Below, piece by piece: positions 1 to 7,308 of a stretch of 13,595 bases of DNA. The position numbers were made by a program, and so were the translations under genes. The stretch covers positions 1 through 13,595 of the forward strand of contig JAZDJR010000020.1 in NCBI GenBank assembly GCA_043803815.1. The letters run 5' to 3'. Within the stretch, counting starts at the first letter, position 1, and each line of letters opens with the position of its first letter. A model generated the notes under the pieces. That model had not been told where the DNA came from. It worked only from the letters and a program-made list of their open reading frames with translations, and did no database searches. The stretch comes from Candidatus Micrarchaeota archaeon. GTDB taxonomy: Archaea; Iainarchaeota; Iainarchaeia; Iainarchaeales; JAGVWC01.

Positions 1-63
1 GCCGGACTCGAGTTCCTGCAAAACCTCGAGTTTAAACTGTTTGGAAAATATTCGTTTTTTCAT
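1..63 (-). CDS. IS3-family transposase OrfA, N-terminal fragment (truncated by window edge)
   Basis: Manual translation gives MKKRIFSKQFKLEVLQELESG, matching the 'FSxEFKxxxV' start of HTH_Tnp_1 OrfA proteins. GGAGGTG lies 5 nt upstream of the ATG. Not in the ORF track. Confidence 0.8.
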   Translation of the reverse strand, partial: MKKRIFSKQFKLEVLQELESG

Positions 64-140
64 TTCTACACCTCCAAAAAAACCCATTATTTGGGTTCAA
101 AAAGTCTTTTCTACAAGCACAATTTCAGGGGTGCAGTCCA
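1..140 (-). mobile_element. Left end of an IS3-family (IS150-group-like) insertion sequence, continuing off the window
   Basis: Reverse complement from 140 reads TGGACTGCACCCCTGAAATTGTGC. This has the TG start of IS3-family ends and resembles IS150-group terminal repeats (TGnACTGCACCC, from memory). A GGAGGTG RBS and an OrfA-like start follow. Confidence 0.8.
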
Positions 141-178
141 ATCAAAGTCCTCTATTTTTTTGTTCTTTTTTCGTTAGC

Positions 179-187
179 TTTTTAAAG
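179..187 (+). promoter_or_regulatory. Putative archaeal TATA box for the 691-aa gene
   Basis: TTTTTAAAG about 21 nt upstream of the ATG at 209, spacing consistent with a leaderless archaeal transcript. Confidence 0.45.
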
Positions 188-208
188 GGGGAATCGCTTG
201 TGTAGTGC

Positions 209-2284
209 ATGCGTTCCCCAAAAGGCCAGGGTTCTTTGGAGTATTTATTGATTATTGGCGGCGGAATCCTGGTTGCGGTCGTCATTATTACGACTGTTTT
301 GCAATTGGCCAACCCGTGTGCGACAAGCGGTTCCCAACTTCTAATGGCCGGCCAGACCTGCAATACCTATACTGTTTCTTCGCCGTGTACAACCGCGCAA
401 TTGAATGGTGTTGACACAACTGGAATTTGTTCGGGAGCTGGTCCAAGTGATTGTTGTTGGACGGAAGGTGCTGCAAAAGGAAAGCAATGTTCCTTGAATC
501 CGACTGCAAAAGCCGTTTGTGCAACCGGTTCTGGCGGGACAAGTTGTACGGATGGGGACTATGATGGTTATGGTTTGGCTGGTTCTACTGGCTGTTCCCA
601 TCCGGAGGTGGATTGTGATGACACCAATCCCGCTATTCATCCAGGTGCAATTGACCTGTGCAGTACTTCCCTTCTTGATGAGGACTGTTCTGGAACCCCG
701 TTTACTTGTGGTGCGGGAACAACCTGCAATGTAGTAACCAACGAGTGTGACCCCATTGTCAATTTGTGTACCTTTACGGTTTTACCTGATGCAGTTTCTG
801 TGAGCACTGGTTTCAAAACATTTGATTTTTCTTTCGCGGGCAGTACTGAAGCTCCAACCGGTATTGTTTCAGCGAGTTCTTCCTGCGGTCTGGATGCACA
901 ATCGGATGACCCCGTGCTCACTCTTCCCTCTTACGCAACGTGTGGCACCTATTCTTCCGCCGGAAAAAAAATAGTTTCGTTCGCCCTTCAATTCCCATTC
1001 GACCCGAAAGTGTGCACTGCCACGGGAACTCCCGCACAAAATTGGTTCTGCGTCAATGAAAACTGCACGCCTGGTCAAACCCGCTGCGACCCGCTTAATC
1101 CGACAACAATCGTTCAAACCTGCCAAACCAATGTGGACACTTGCATTGTTTGGAACAATACCCAAACCTGTACCGGCGGTCAGGTCTGTTCGGGCGGCGT
1201 TTGTGTCACGCCGAGTGTTTGTGGAGATGGGGCAATCACAGGAAGCGAAACCTGCGATGACGGCGGAACAATCGCGGGGGATGGCTGTAGCGCGACTTGC
1301 CTGGTTGAGGCGGGCTTTGAGTGCTTTGGAGCGCCCAGCGATTGTTACTATGTTGTTTCTTCCTGCGGTTTTTCCGATTGGGCCTTGTACGGAACAAAAT
1401 ATACCATTCCGCTCGCAGGAATAACCACTAACACGACCAACGACTGCTTTACCATTGGCCAGGCGGGCACAACTCTGAATTGCCAGGACCGCACCATTAC
1501 TTTGAACAAACCTTCCAGTGGAGGGGTCGCGGTTAGGCTTTCGGCATCCAACACGACCTTTAAAAATTGCAACTTAATCGTGAATTCAGTCTATACAGAC
1601 TCCGGCATTTATGCTTGGGGTGCGCTAAGCAATGTGCTAGTTGAAGACAACGACATTTCAAACGCAAGACCCGGAATCCTAGTTAACATGACCGGCGCTG
1701 CTGCTAATATTCAAATATCGAAAAACCGGATAATCACGGTTGGAACGACCGGGGAGGCCGGAATCATTGTGAGCACTAGCCAATCCTGCCCCACTTGCAT
1801 TATTGGCGGGGGGGCAAACGCGAACACCATTTCAGGAACCCGAAGGGGAATTGAGGTTAACATGGCTATTGGCGTTCAAGTCCTTGACAATATTGTTTCT
1901 TCCACAGGAACTCAACCGGTTTTTTTGGTTATGGATAGCGTCAGCAATGCAATAATCCGGGGAAACCAGATATCGGGCAGTTACACTTTTGGTTCTCAAA
2001 TGGGTGTTTTGGAAATCGACGGCACCAACAACACGGTACAAAACAATTTCATTACCACCAATTCGACTGGTGCCGCCGCATTTGCGTTTTATGTGGCCGG
2101 TGCGGATAACCTGTTGACGGGAAACAATGTGTGCGGGGGGACAAACAAAAAACTCAAGGTTACCGACCACCAGACCTGGAATAGCCACGGGAATACTTGC
2201 GGAAACAATTTATGTTATGATAACGGCACTCCGCTCACGGTTTGCACGGCCGCACTGGGCCAATGCGGATCCACGTGCAGTTAA
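209..2284 (+). CDS. Cys-rich surface protein with class III (type IV pilin-like) signal peptide, MopE-like putative metal-binding motif, Myxococcus-type Cys-rich repeat and C-terminal parallel beta-helix
   Basis: N-terminus KG/QGSLEYLLIIGGGILVAVVII. CTDGDYDGYG...DCDDTNPAIHPGA..C...DEDC at about 545-688. CGDGAITGSETCDDGGTIAGDGCSATC at about 1220-1324. Asn-ladder repeats (NVLVEDNDIS, NIQISKNRI, NAIIRGNQI, NNTVQNNFI) in the C-terminal half. Confidence 0.85.
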   Translation: MRSPKGQGSLEYLLIIGGGILVAVVIITTVLQLANPCATSGSQLLMAGQTCNTYTVSSPCTTAQLNGVDTTGICSGAGPSDCCWTEGAAKGKQCSLNPTAKAVCATGSGGTSCTDGDYDGYGLAGSTGCSHPEVDCDDTNPAIHPGAIDLCSTSLLDEDCSGTPFTCGAGTTCNVVTNECDPIVNLCTFTVLPDAVSVSTGFKTFDFSFAGSTEAPTGIVSASSSCGLDAQSDDPVLTLPSYATCGTYSSAGKKIVSFALQFPFDPKVCTATGTPAQNWFCVNENCTPGQTRCDPLNPTTIVQTCQTNVDTCIVWNNTQTCTGGQVCSGGVCVTPSVCGDGAITGSETCDDGGTIAGDGCSATCLVEAGFECFGAPSDCYYVVSSCGFSDWALYGTKYTIPLAGITTNTTNDCFTIGQAGTTLNCQDRTITLNKPSSGGVAVRLSASNTTFKNCNLIVNSVYTDSGIYAWGALSNVLVEDNDISNARPGILVNMTGAAANIQISKNRIITVGTTGEAGIIVSTSQSCPTCIIGGGANANTISGTRRGIEVNMAIGVQVLDNIVSSTGTQPVFLVMDSVSNAIIRGNQISGSYTFGSQMGVLEIDGTNNTVQNNFITTNSTGAAAFAFYVAGADNLLTGNNVCGGTNKKLKVTDHQTWNSHGNTCGNNLCYDNGTPLTVCTAALGQCGSTCS

Positions 2285-3570
2285 CCCCTTCCTTTCTCCC
2301 TTTTGGGAAATTGCTTTCTTACTTCACCGGCGTTAGCCGGTTTTTGAATTTGGGATTTTTTCCGTGCACGATTTTGGTATAATATTCCTGGATTTTTTTG
2401 GTGAGCGGCCCGACTTTTCCGTGCCCGATTTTGCGGTAATCCATTTTGGTAATCGGAGTCAGTTCCGTGGCGGTTCCCGTGAAAGCTTTTTTCGGTTTGC
2501 TTTTTCGCCCAAAAATCAACCACGATTTGCACGGTGTCCCTGCTGAAGGTGCGGACTTGGCGCTCAAAATCAAAGCGAACAAAAAAACCGTTTTTTTTGG
2601 CAACGTCCCGGATTATTTTTCGTATGGGTTCAAACGGATTTGCCGCTTCCGCAAACGAATAAAAATGAACGAATCCGCCGGACCTTTTGATTCCCTGCAA
2701 GGCGGCTTTCAAAAAAGAATCCGAACTTTTGGGAATCGGCATGACAACCCGGTCAAAAGTTCCCCGATACTTTTTGGGAACGATTTTATTCACATCCCCG
2801 AGAACCGGAACGATTTTTCCTTCCAATTTGTTCAGTTTGATATTAAATTTCATGTCCGAAACCGCGGCCGGATTCAGTTCGATGGCAATCGCTTTCTTCA
2901 TCCCTGAATTTTTGGCAAAAACAATGGGAAACGGCCCGCTTCCGGCAAAAAAAGCGCCGACCACTTCGTCCGGACGGATAAGTTTTGCGATTCGCAGGCG
3001 TTCCATGGACAAGCGGGGAGAAAAAAACACTTTTCCGATTGAAACCCGAAAACGGCAGCCGCTTTCGCGGTAATCCGCAGCGAGGCTTTTTTTGCCCGCC
3101 AAAATTTTTACCGGCTCGATTCGAAACCTGCCCCGATGCGCCCCGGTTTTTTTGCAGACCGTCTTAAAATTCGCGTTGGACTGCAAAACCGCGTTGGCAA
3201 TCAGTTTTTCCTTTTTTTCCAGTTCTTTTGGAACCTCGATAATCGCAATCGTTCCCAAAGAATCAAAACCCGACACGAGCTTTTCCATTTCGTCACTTGT
3301 CAAAAAATCCTTTAGGGTTTCCTTTAGCGAAGCAGGCTTGAAAAACACGGATTCAAATTCGGCTTTGACAAGTTTTGAATTCGGAAACTTTTTTTTCAGT
3401 TCTTTTTTTTCCTTTCCGGAAAGTTCGGCCGCCAAGGGAAAAATGACCGTTTCTTTTTTCCGCGTGGGCTTTTGTTTGGCATTTAACAGGCGATGAACCA
3501 AAAGCCAAGCGTGGAGTTTTTGCGCGGCCCGAGAAGAAATCCCGACTCCAAAACCCAAAACAGATGCCAT
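2281..3570 (-). CDS. trm5: Trm5/Met-10+-family tRNA methyltransferase with an aberrant C-terminal extension of about 70 aa
   Basis: Motifs FDSLGTIAII, YRESGCRF, VFFSPRLSMERLRI, FAGSGPF, IELNPAA, FDRVVMP and GGFVHFY. Start moved to the ATG at 3570 (MASVLG) because the 3705 start overlaps the divergent DUF63 gene and a TATA box lies at 3602-3607. Confidence 0.85.
   Translation of the reverse strand: MASVLGFGVGISSRAAQKLHAWLLVHRLLNAKQKPTRKKETVIFPLAAELSGKEKKELKKKFPNSKLVKAEFESVFFKPASLKETLKDFLTSDEMEKLVSGFDSLGTIAIIEVPKELEKKEKLIANAVLQSNANFKTVCKKTGAHRGRFRIEPVKILAGKKSLAADYRESGCRFRVSIGKVFFSPRLSMERLRIAKLIRPDEVVGAFFAGSGPFPIVFAKNSGMKKAIAIELNPAAVSDMKFNIKLNKLEGKIVPVLGDVNKIVPKKYRGTFDRVVMPIPKSSDSFLKAALQGIKRSGGFVHFYSFAEAANPFEPIRKIIRDVAKKNGFFVRFDFERQVRTFSRDTVQIVVDFWAKKQTEKSFHGNRHGTDSDYQNGLPQNRARKSRAAHQKNPGILYQNRARKKSQIQKPANAGEVRKQFPKREKGRG
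2319..2486 (-). pseudogene. ilvE: C-terminal relic of a branched-chain amino acid aminotransferase (class IV PLP enzyme)
   Basis: A frame different from trm5 reads AFTGTATELTPITKMDYRKIGHGKVGPLTKKIQEYYTKIVHGKNPKFKNRLTPVK*. This matches the IlvE C-terminal pattern FTGTAAEVTPI..D...IG.G..GP.T..LQ......V.G......WLTPV. The rest of the gene is absent. Confidence 0.85.
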
Positions 3571-3601
3571 AACCCTACTCCAAAAAGGTGTTTCGCAGTG
3601 A

Positions 3602-3607
3602 TTTAAA
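3602..3607. promoter_or_regulatory. Palindromic TTTAAA, candidate shared TATA box for divergent trm5 and DUF63 genes
   Basis: 31 nt from the ATG at 3570 (minus) and 27 nt from the ATG at 3635 (plus). Confidence 0.5.
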
Positions 3608-3634
3608 ACAAATTGCTCAAAAAGAATAGCTAAC

Positions 3635-4489
3635 ATGGCAGCCGATTTTGTGTTTGAATATTTTTGCAAGCCCATTTTGCAGCGCGAAGGATACAATTTA
3701 GTCAATACGGGAGTTTACGCGGCGATTTTACTGGTCATTGCGTTCGGACTGGTCATTCCCTGGCTCAAAAAAACCAAACTGCCGCTCGACCACCGCTTTT
3801 TAGCCGCCTTATTGCCGTTTATCGTACTCGGTTCGGGTTTTCGCGTTTTCGAAGATTTGGGGCTTGTCCACCGCTCCTGCAATCCCCTTTCGCCTTGGTT
3901 TTACACCATAACCCCCGGCATTTACATTGCAGTTGGAATACTGACGATTCTGGCATTATGGATTAGCCTGAAAATCAACGGCAAAAACACACCGGAAAAA
4001 AACCCAAGCCGCATATTCAAAATTTTTGGCGGAATCGGAATCGTTTTGACGCTTCCCGTTTTGTTTTTTTTAGGAACCCGAACAATCGTTTGGGACGGAA
4101 TCGCGGGAGTCTTTTTTTTAGCCGCGCTTACCACGGCGATTGCTGTTTTGGCAAGCAAAAGATTTTCCAAAACCAAAAAACTGTTCGAAATCCTGCTTAA
4201 CCGGCTTGTTTTTTTCGGGCAAATGCTTGACGCCAATGCGACGTTTGTTTCCCTGCAATTTTACAATTGCAGCGAACAGCACGTCTTGTCCGCGGGAATC
4301 ATAAGTTCTTTCGGGCCATTCGCGTTTGTCATTGTCAAATTCGCCCTGATGTATCTGGTGCTTTATTTTGCGGATAAAGAAATCGAAGACGAAAAAACGC
4401 GGCAGTTTGTCAAAATCCTGATTGGAATCATCGGCTTTGCCCCGGGAATACGCGACGCGCTTACTTTGGGCGTTGGCACGTGCTTGTAA
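3635..4489 (+). CDS. DUF63 family archaeal multi-pass membrane protein
   Basis: GYNLVNTGVYA, LLPFIVLGSGFRVFED, TPGIY, GQMLDANATF, EQHVLS and GFAPGIRD motifs, with many hydrophobic segments. Confidence 0.85.
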   Translation: MAADFVFEYFCKPILQREGYNLVNTGVYAAILLVIAFGLVIPWLKKTKLPLDHRFLAALLPFIVLGSGFRVFEDLGLVHRSCNPLSPWFYTITPGIYIAVGILTILALWISLKINGKNTPEKNPSRIFKIFGGIGIVLTLPVLFFLGTRTIVWDGIAGVFFLAALTTAIAVLASKRFSKTKKLFEILLNRLVFFGQMLDANATFVSLQFYNCSEQHVLSAGIISSFGPFAFVIVKFALMYLVLYFADKEIEDEKTRQFVKILIGIIGFAPGIRDALTLGVGTCL

Positions 4490-4497
4490 GAAAAAAG

Positions 4498-5226
4498 TCA
4501 TTTTCCAATTACAAAACCGGCATACTTTTGCATTTGGGGGTCTTTTTGGAGCATTTTAAATGTGCGCTCTAAAATCCGAAATACGGTTATTGGAACTACG
4601 CTGTATTTTTCCGCCAGTTCGTTTTGAGTATAAACGTGTCCATCCAAAAGCCCGAAGCGGTCCAACACCAGTTCCCTGCGCTGCCGTATAGACAACCGCC
4701 CCTTTATCTCCCCTGAAATAACCAAATTGCGGATAATCCGAGCCAGATTCGCTCGAATCTTCGGGTCCGATAACTCCGAAGGGCGATGAATCAATTTGCG
4801 CGTGTCCGGCACCGAGGCATACTTTTGCTCGTCGCTTTCTTCACTTGGTTGCTTTTCGGCACGTGACTGATTAAGGGAAACCGGAATTGCACTCCGTTTT
4901 AACCGCTTGCACCGAGTCACTTCATCCCCAAGCGCTTTTTGAACCACAGAATAAGCATAAGTGCCAAAACGTGTTCCACGGCTTTTGTCAAATTTCTCGC
5001 TCGCACGGTCCATGGCTATTGCACCGATTTGGCACAAGTCCTCCAAATCCACGCCATTTGCCCGCAACAAAACCAAATGCGCTTCCAAAACTTTGTTTGC
5101 CACGCTACGAATTAGCGCCGCATTTTTAAGGTACACTTGCTGCCAACGAACCGTTTTTTGGGAAACCCTACGCGTTGGGCGTTTTCCCTTTTTGGAAGGA
5201 GAATTCTTTTTCACGGTTATAGGCAT
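4498..5226 (-). CDS. Bacterial-type sigma-70 family protein (regions 2 and 4), copy 1
   Basis: Region 2: LIRSVANK...DLEDLCQIGAIAMDRASEKFDKSRGTRFGTYA. Region 4: RRELVLDRFGLLDGHVYTQNELAEKYSV. Confidence 0.88.
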   Translation of the reverse strand: MPITVKKNSPSKKGKRPTRRVSQKTVRWQQVYLKNAALIRSVANKVLEAHLVLLRANGVDLEDLCQIGAIAMDRASEKFDKSRGTRFGTYAYSVVQKALGDEVTRCKRLKRSAIPVSLNQSRAEKQPSEESDEQKYASVPDTRKLIHRPSELSDPKIRANLARIIRNLVISGEIKGRLSIRQRRELVLDRFGLLDGHVYTQNELAEKYSVVPITVFRILERTFKMLQKDPQMQKYAGFVIGK

Positions 5227-5244
5227 GCCATCAGTCGATATAAT

Positions 5245-5263
5245 TACCCAAAAGGGTATTTAA
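5245..5263 (-). promoter_or_regulatory. Archaeal TATA box (TTAAATA, 5257-5263) of sigma copy 1 with overlapping TACCC-N4-GGGTA palindrome
   Basis: Minus strand reads GCAAAAAACTATTAAATACCCTTTTGGGTA: an A-rich BRE-like stretch, then the TATA box 30 nt upstream of the ATG. Confidence 0.55.
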
Positions 5264-5321
5264 TAGTTTTTTGCAGAGAATGACAAAAAACAGGGCGATT
5301 CAAACAAAGCACCTCGTCAGC

Positions 5322-5438
5322 TTTGCGGACTCCAAGCCCAAACCAAAAAAAAACGCGGTTTCATCAAAATCGCAATCGCCAGTATCGGTTTGCCTCGCCT
5401 TCGAACCGCTTACCTTAGAGGTTGGTACCTGCCTTTAG
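5322..5438 (+). pseudogene. Decayed second copy of the DUF63 gene 3' end
   Basis: Aligns by eye with 4367-4489: tttgcggac vs tttgcggat; aaaacgcgg in both; atcaaaatc vs gtcaaaatc; IKIAIASIGL vs VKILIGIIGF; LTLEVGTCL* vs LTLGVGTCL*. Frameshifts separate the blocks. Confidence 0.8.
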
Positions 5439-6090
5439 GTTTTTTCTTCCCGTGTTCAATCAAATCATACAATTTTTGTACATCCGGACGTTCCCGCAAA
5501 AGCGAGAATACTATTTCTTGGTAGAGCCGTACGTTTTCCTTTGACATCTTAAATCGTCTGCCAACCCCTTCCAATGTTCTTGGATGACCGTCTTTCAAAC
5601 CGGTTCTCAACAAAAAAATTTCTTTTGCTCTGCCCTGAATCGAAAGGGAATCCACAATCCGGGCCAACTCGGCTCGAATATGCGGGCGAAGCCTTTCAAA
5701 TGCTATTGTATCGGGTTTATCGGCCAAGGCATCACCCCTAAAGCGCGATAAGGACGTTTCTCGCATTTCGCGTTTGCGCAGCAGGCTACTGAACTCGCGT
5801 TTTATGATGTTTACGGCAAATGTGGAAAATCGAAACCCCCTTGCCTCGTCAAATCCCACTACCGCCCTTCGCAAGGCAAGGCGGCCTTGCTGAACAACAT
5901 CGCCAAAACCATATTTGGACTGAATGGCACGCTTGTTTTTTTTCCAAAACTTATTGGCAAATGCGAAGACAAGCCCCTCGTTTTCCAGCATCTTTTTATT
6001 AACCTCTTCGATTGAAAGAACACGTTTTACCCTAATCGGTTTGGGCTTAACCGGCTTTGTTTTCGCTTGATGGCTGAACGGCGTTGGCAT
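5410..6090 (-). CDS. Bacterial-type sigma-70 family protein (regions 2 and 4), copy 2
   Basis: Region 2: NEGLVFAFANK...DVVQQGRLALRRAVVGFDEARGFRFSTFA. Region 4: KEIFLLRTGLKDGHPRTLEGVGRRFKMSKENVR. Confidence 0.88.
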   Translation of the reverse strand: MPTPFSHQAKTKPVKPKPIRVKRVLSIEEVNKKMLENEGLVFAFANKFWKKNKRAIQSKYGFGDVVQQGRLALRRAVVGFDEARGFRFSTFAVNIIKREFSSLLRKREMRETSLSRFRGDALADKPDTIAFERLRPHIRAELARIVDSLSIQGRAKEIFLLRTGLKDGHPRTLEGVGRRFKMSKENVRLYQEIVFSLLRERPDVQKLYDLIEHGKKKPKGRYQPLR

Positions 6091-6114
6091 GAATCAATTA
6101 TGCATGAAATGAAC

Positions 6115-6121
6115 TATTTAA
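6115..6121. promoter_or_regulatory. Candidate bidirectional TATA box shared by sigma copy 2 and dph5
   Basis: TATTTAA (TTAAATA on minus) lies exactly 24 nt from both ATGs (6090 and 6146) and is the same heptamer as at 5257-5263. Confidence 0.6.
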
Positions 6122-6145
6122 CCATTACTGAACAAAGAAATAGGT

Positions 6146-6919
6146 ATGCTTTACCTGATTGGAATCGGGCTCAAGCCCGACCACCTGACCAGCGAAGCGA
6201 TTGCGGCCGCCGGTGTCTGCGACGAAATATACCTGGAATACTATACCAGCCGCCTTGCGGAATCCGATTTGGCGGACCTGCAGCAAAAATTAAAATGCAA
6301 AAAAAAAATCGTTCCGTTAAGCCGCGAAGACGTCGAAGGCGGAATTTCGGACCTGGTCTTGGAATCGCGCCCGCGAAACGTGGGCATACTGGTCATCGGA
6401 AACCCGCTGATTGCGACCACGCACATCGAATTTTTGCTTGAAGCCAAAAACCAAAACGCTGCCATTCGGATTATTCCGGGAATTTCCGTTTACGACCTGG
6501 TTCCCGTCTGCGGCTTGGACGCCTACAAATTCGGCCGCGTTTCCACCGTTGTCTTTCAGGAAAAAGACTATTCTCCCGAATCGTTTTTTGATTTTATTTC
6601 AGGCAATCACGACAACGGACTGCATTCGCTTTGCTTATTGGATATCCGCGCCGAAATCGAACAACTAATGACGATTAATCAGGCCCTGGAAATCCTCGAA
6701 AAAATCGCGGAGAAAAAAAAACAAATCTGGTTTTCCAAAAGCATCATTGTCGGCCTCAGCGGATTATCGCACGCCAACCAAAAAATAATGGTCGGAACAC
6801 CAGCAGAACTGCGGGAAGAAAAATTCGAATTGTTTCCCCAATCCCTGATTGTCTGCGGAAAACTCAACGGCAAGGAAAAAGAAGCCTTGCAAAAACTGCA
6901 CGGGTGGAAAGAAGAATGA
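6146..6919 (+). CDS. dph5: Diphthine synthase
   Basis: MLYLIGIGL, IYLEYYTS, REDVE, LVIGNPLIATTH, GLDAYKFGRVSTV, GLHSLCLLDI and PQSLIVCG motifs. Confidence 0.96.
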   Translation: MLYLIGIGLKPDHLTSEAIAAAGVCDEIYLEYYTSRLAESDLADLQQKLKCKKKIVPLSREDVEGGISDLVLESRPRNVGILVIGNPLIATTHIEFLLEAKNQNAAIRIIPGISVYDLVPVCGLDAYKFGRVSTVVFQEKDYSPESFFDFISGNHDNGLHSLCLLDIRAEIEQLMTINQALEILEKIAEKKKQIWFSKSIIVGLSGLSHANQKIMVGTPAELREEKFELFPQSLIVCGKLNGKEKEALQKLHGWKEE

Positions 6920-7239
6920 AAAACAAACCCGATTCCCGTTCCAATCCGACCGATTCCAATAACCTGGAAAAAAAAACCGAACACTACGAAAAAATCACCG
7001 CCAAAGCGCTTGGAATAGTAACTGTTTTTCCCAACCTATCCGCGGAAAAAAAAGCCCAAGCCAATGATTTTTTGGATTTGGCCAAACGCTATTTTGACGA
7101 TGCCCGCTATTTCCGCCAAAAAGGAGACTTGGCAACCGCATTGGCCGCGTTTTCGTATGCCCACGCCTGGCTGGACGCCGGAGTCCGAGGCAAAATACTG
7201 GACGGAAAACAAAACGACAAACTATTCGTACTGCCGTGA
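6916..7239 (+). CDS. DUF357 domain protein
   Basis: FLDLAKRYFDDARYF..KGD...ALAAFSYAHAWLDAG motif. ATGA overlap with the dph5 stop places the start at 6916. DUF357 is a common dph5 neighbour in archaea. Confidence 0.9.
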   Translation: MKNKPDSRSNPTDSNNLEKKTEHYEKITAKALGIVTVFPNLSAEKKAQANDFLDLAKRYFDDARYFRQKGDLATALAAFSYAHAWLDAGVRGKILDGKQNDKLFVLP

Positions 7240-7308
7240 AACTTACGTAACTCCATATCAAAACCAAAAGCTTATTATTGCAAAAAACACTGATACAACG
7301 GGAACATC

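Noticed and set aside
2293-2310. TCCC-TTTT-GGGA hairpin as a terminator
   Set aside because: The core stem is only 4 bp; plausible between convergent genes but too weak to call.
2319-2603. The 94-aa ORF as a real gene, or a programmed-frameshift Trm5-IlvE fusion
   Set aside because: Its first ~40 codons are off-frame trm5 sequence, and the IlvE piece lacks the catalytic PLP-lysine region, so it could not function.
2446-3496. Plus-strand ORFs of 60-153 aa opposite trm5, and similar shadow ORFs elsewhere (e.g. 9734-10189, 12124-12605)
   Set aside because: Antisense or off-frame shadows of well-supported genes, with no recognisable motifs.
3571-3705. N-terminal 45 codons of the 474-aa ORF
   Set aside because: Overlaps the divergent DUF63 start and the shared TATA box; ATG 3570 gives a more normal Trm5 N-terminus.
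5280-5438. 52-codon plus-strand ORF (MTKNRAIQ...VGTCL) as a functional microprotein
   Set aside because: Explained by the DUF63 relic. Its middle is out of frame relative to DUF63 and it overlaps the end of sigma2.
4498-6090. Sigma genes as bacterial contamination or a prophage
   Set aside because: They have archaeal TATA boxes, tight junctions with archaeal genes and an interleaved DUF63 relic, with no integrase or phage genes. Read mapping is still advisable.
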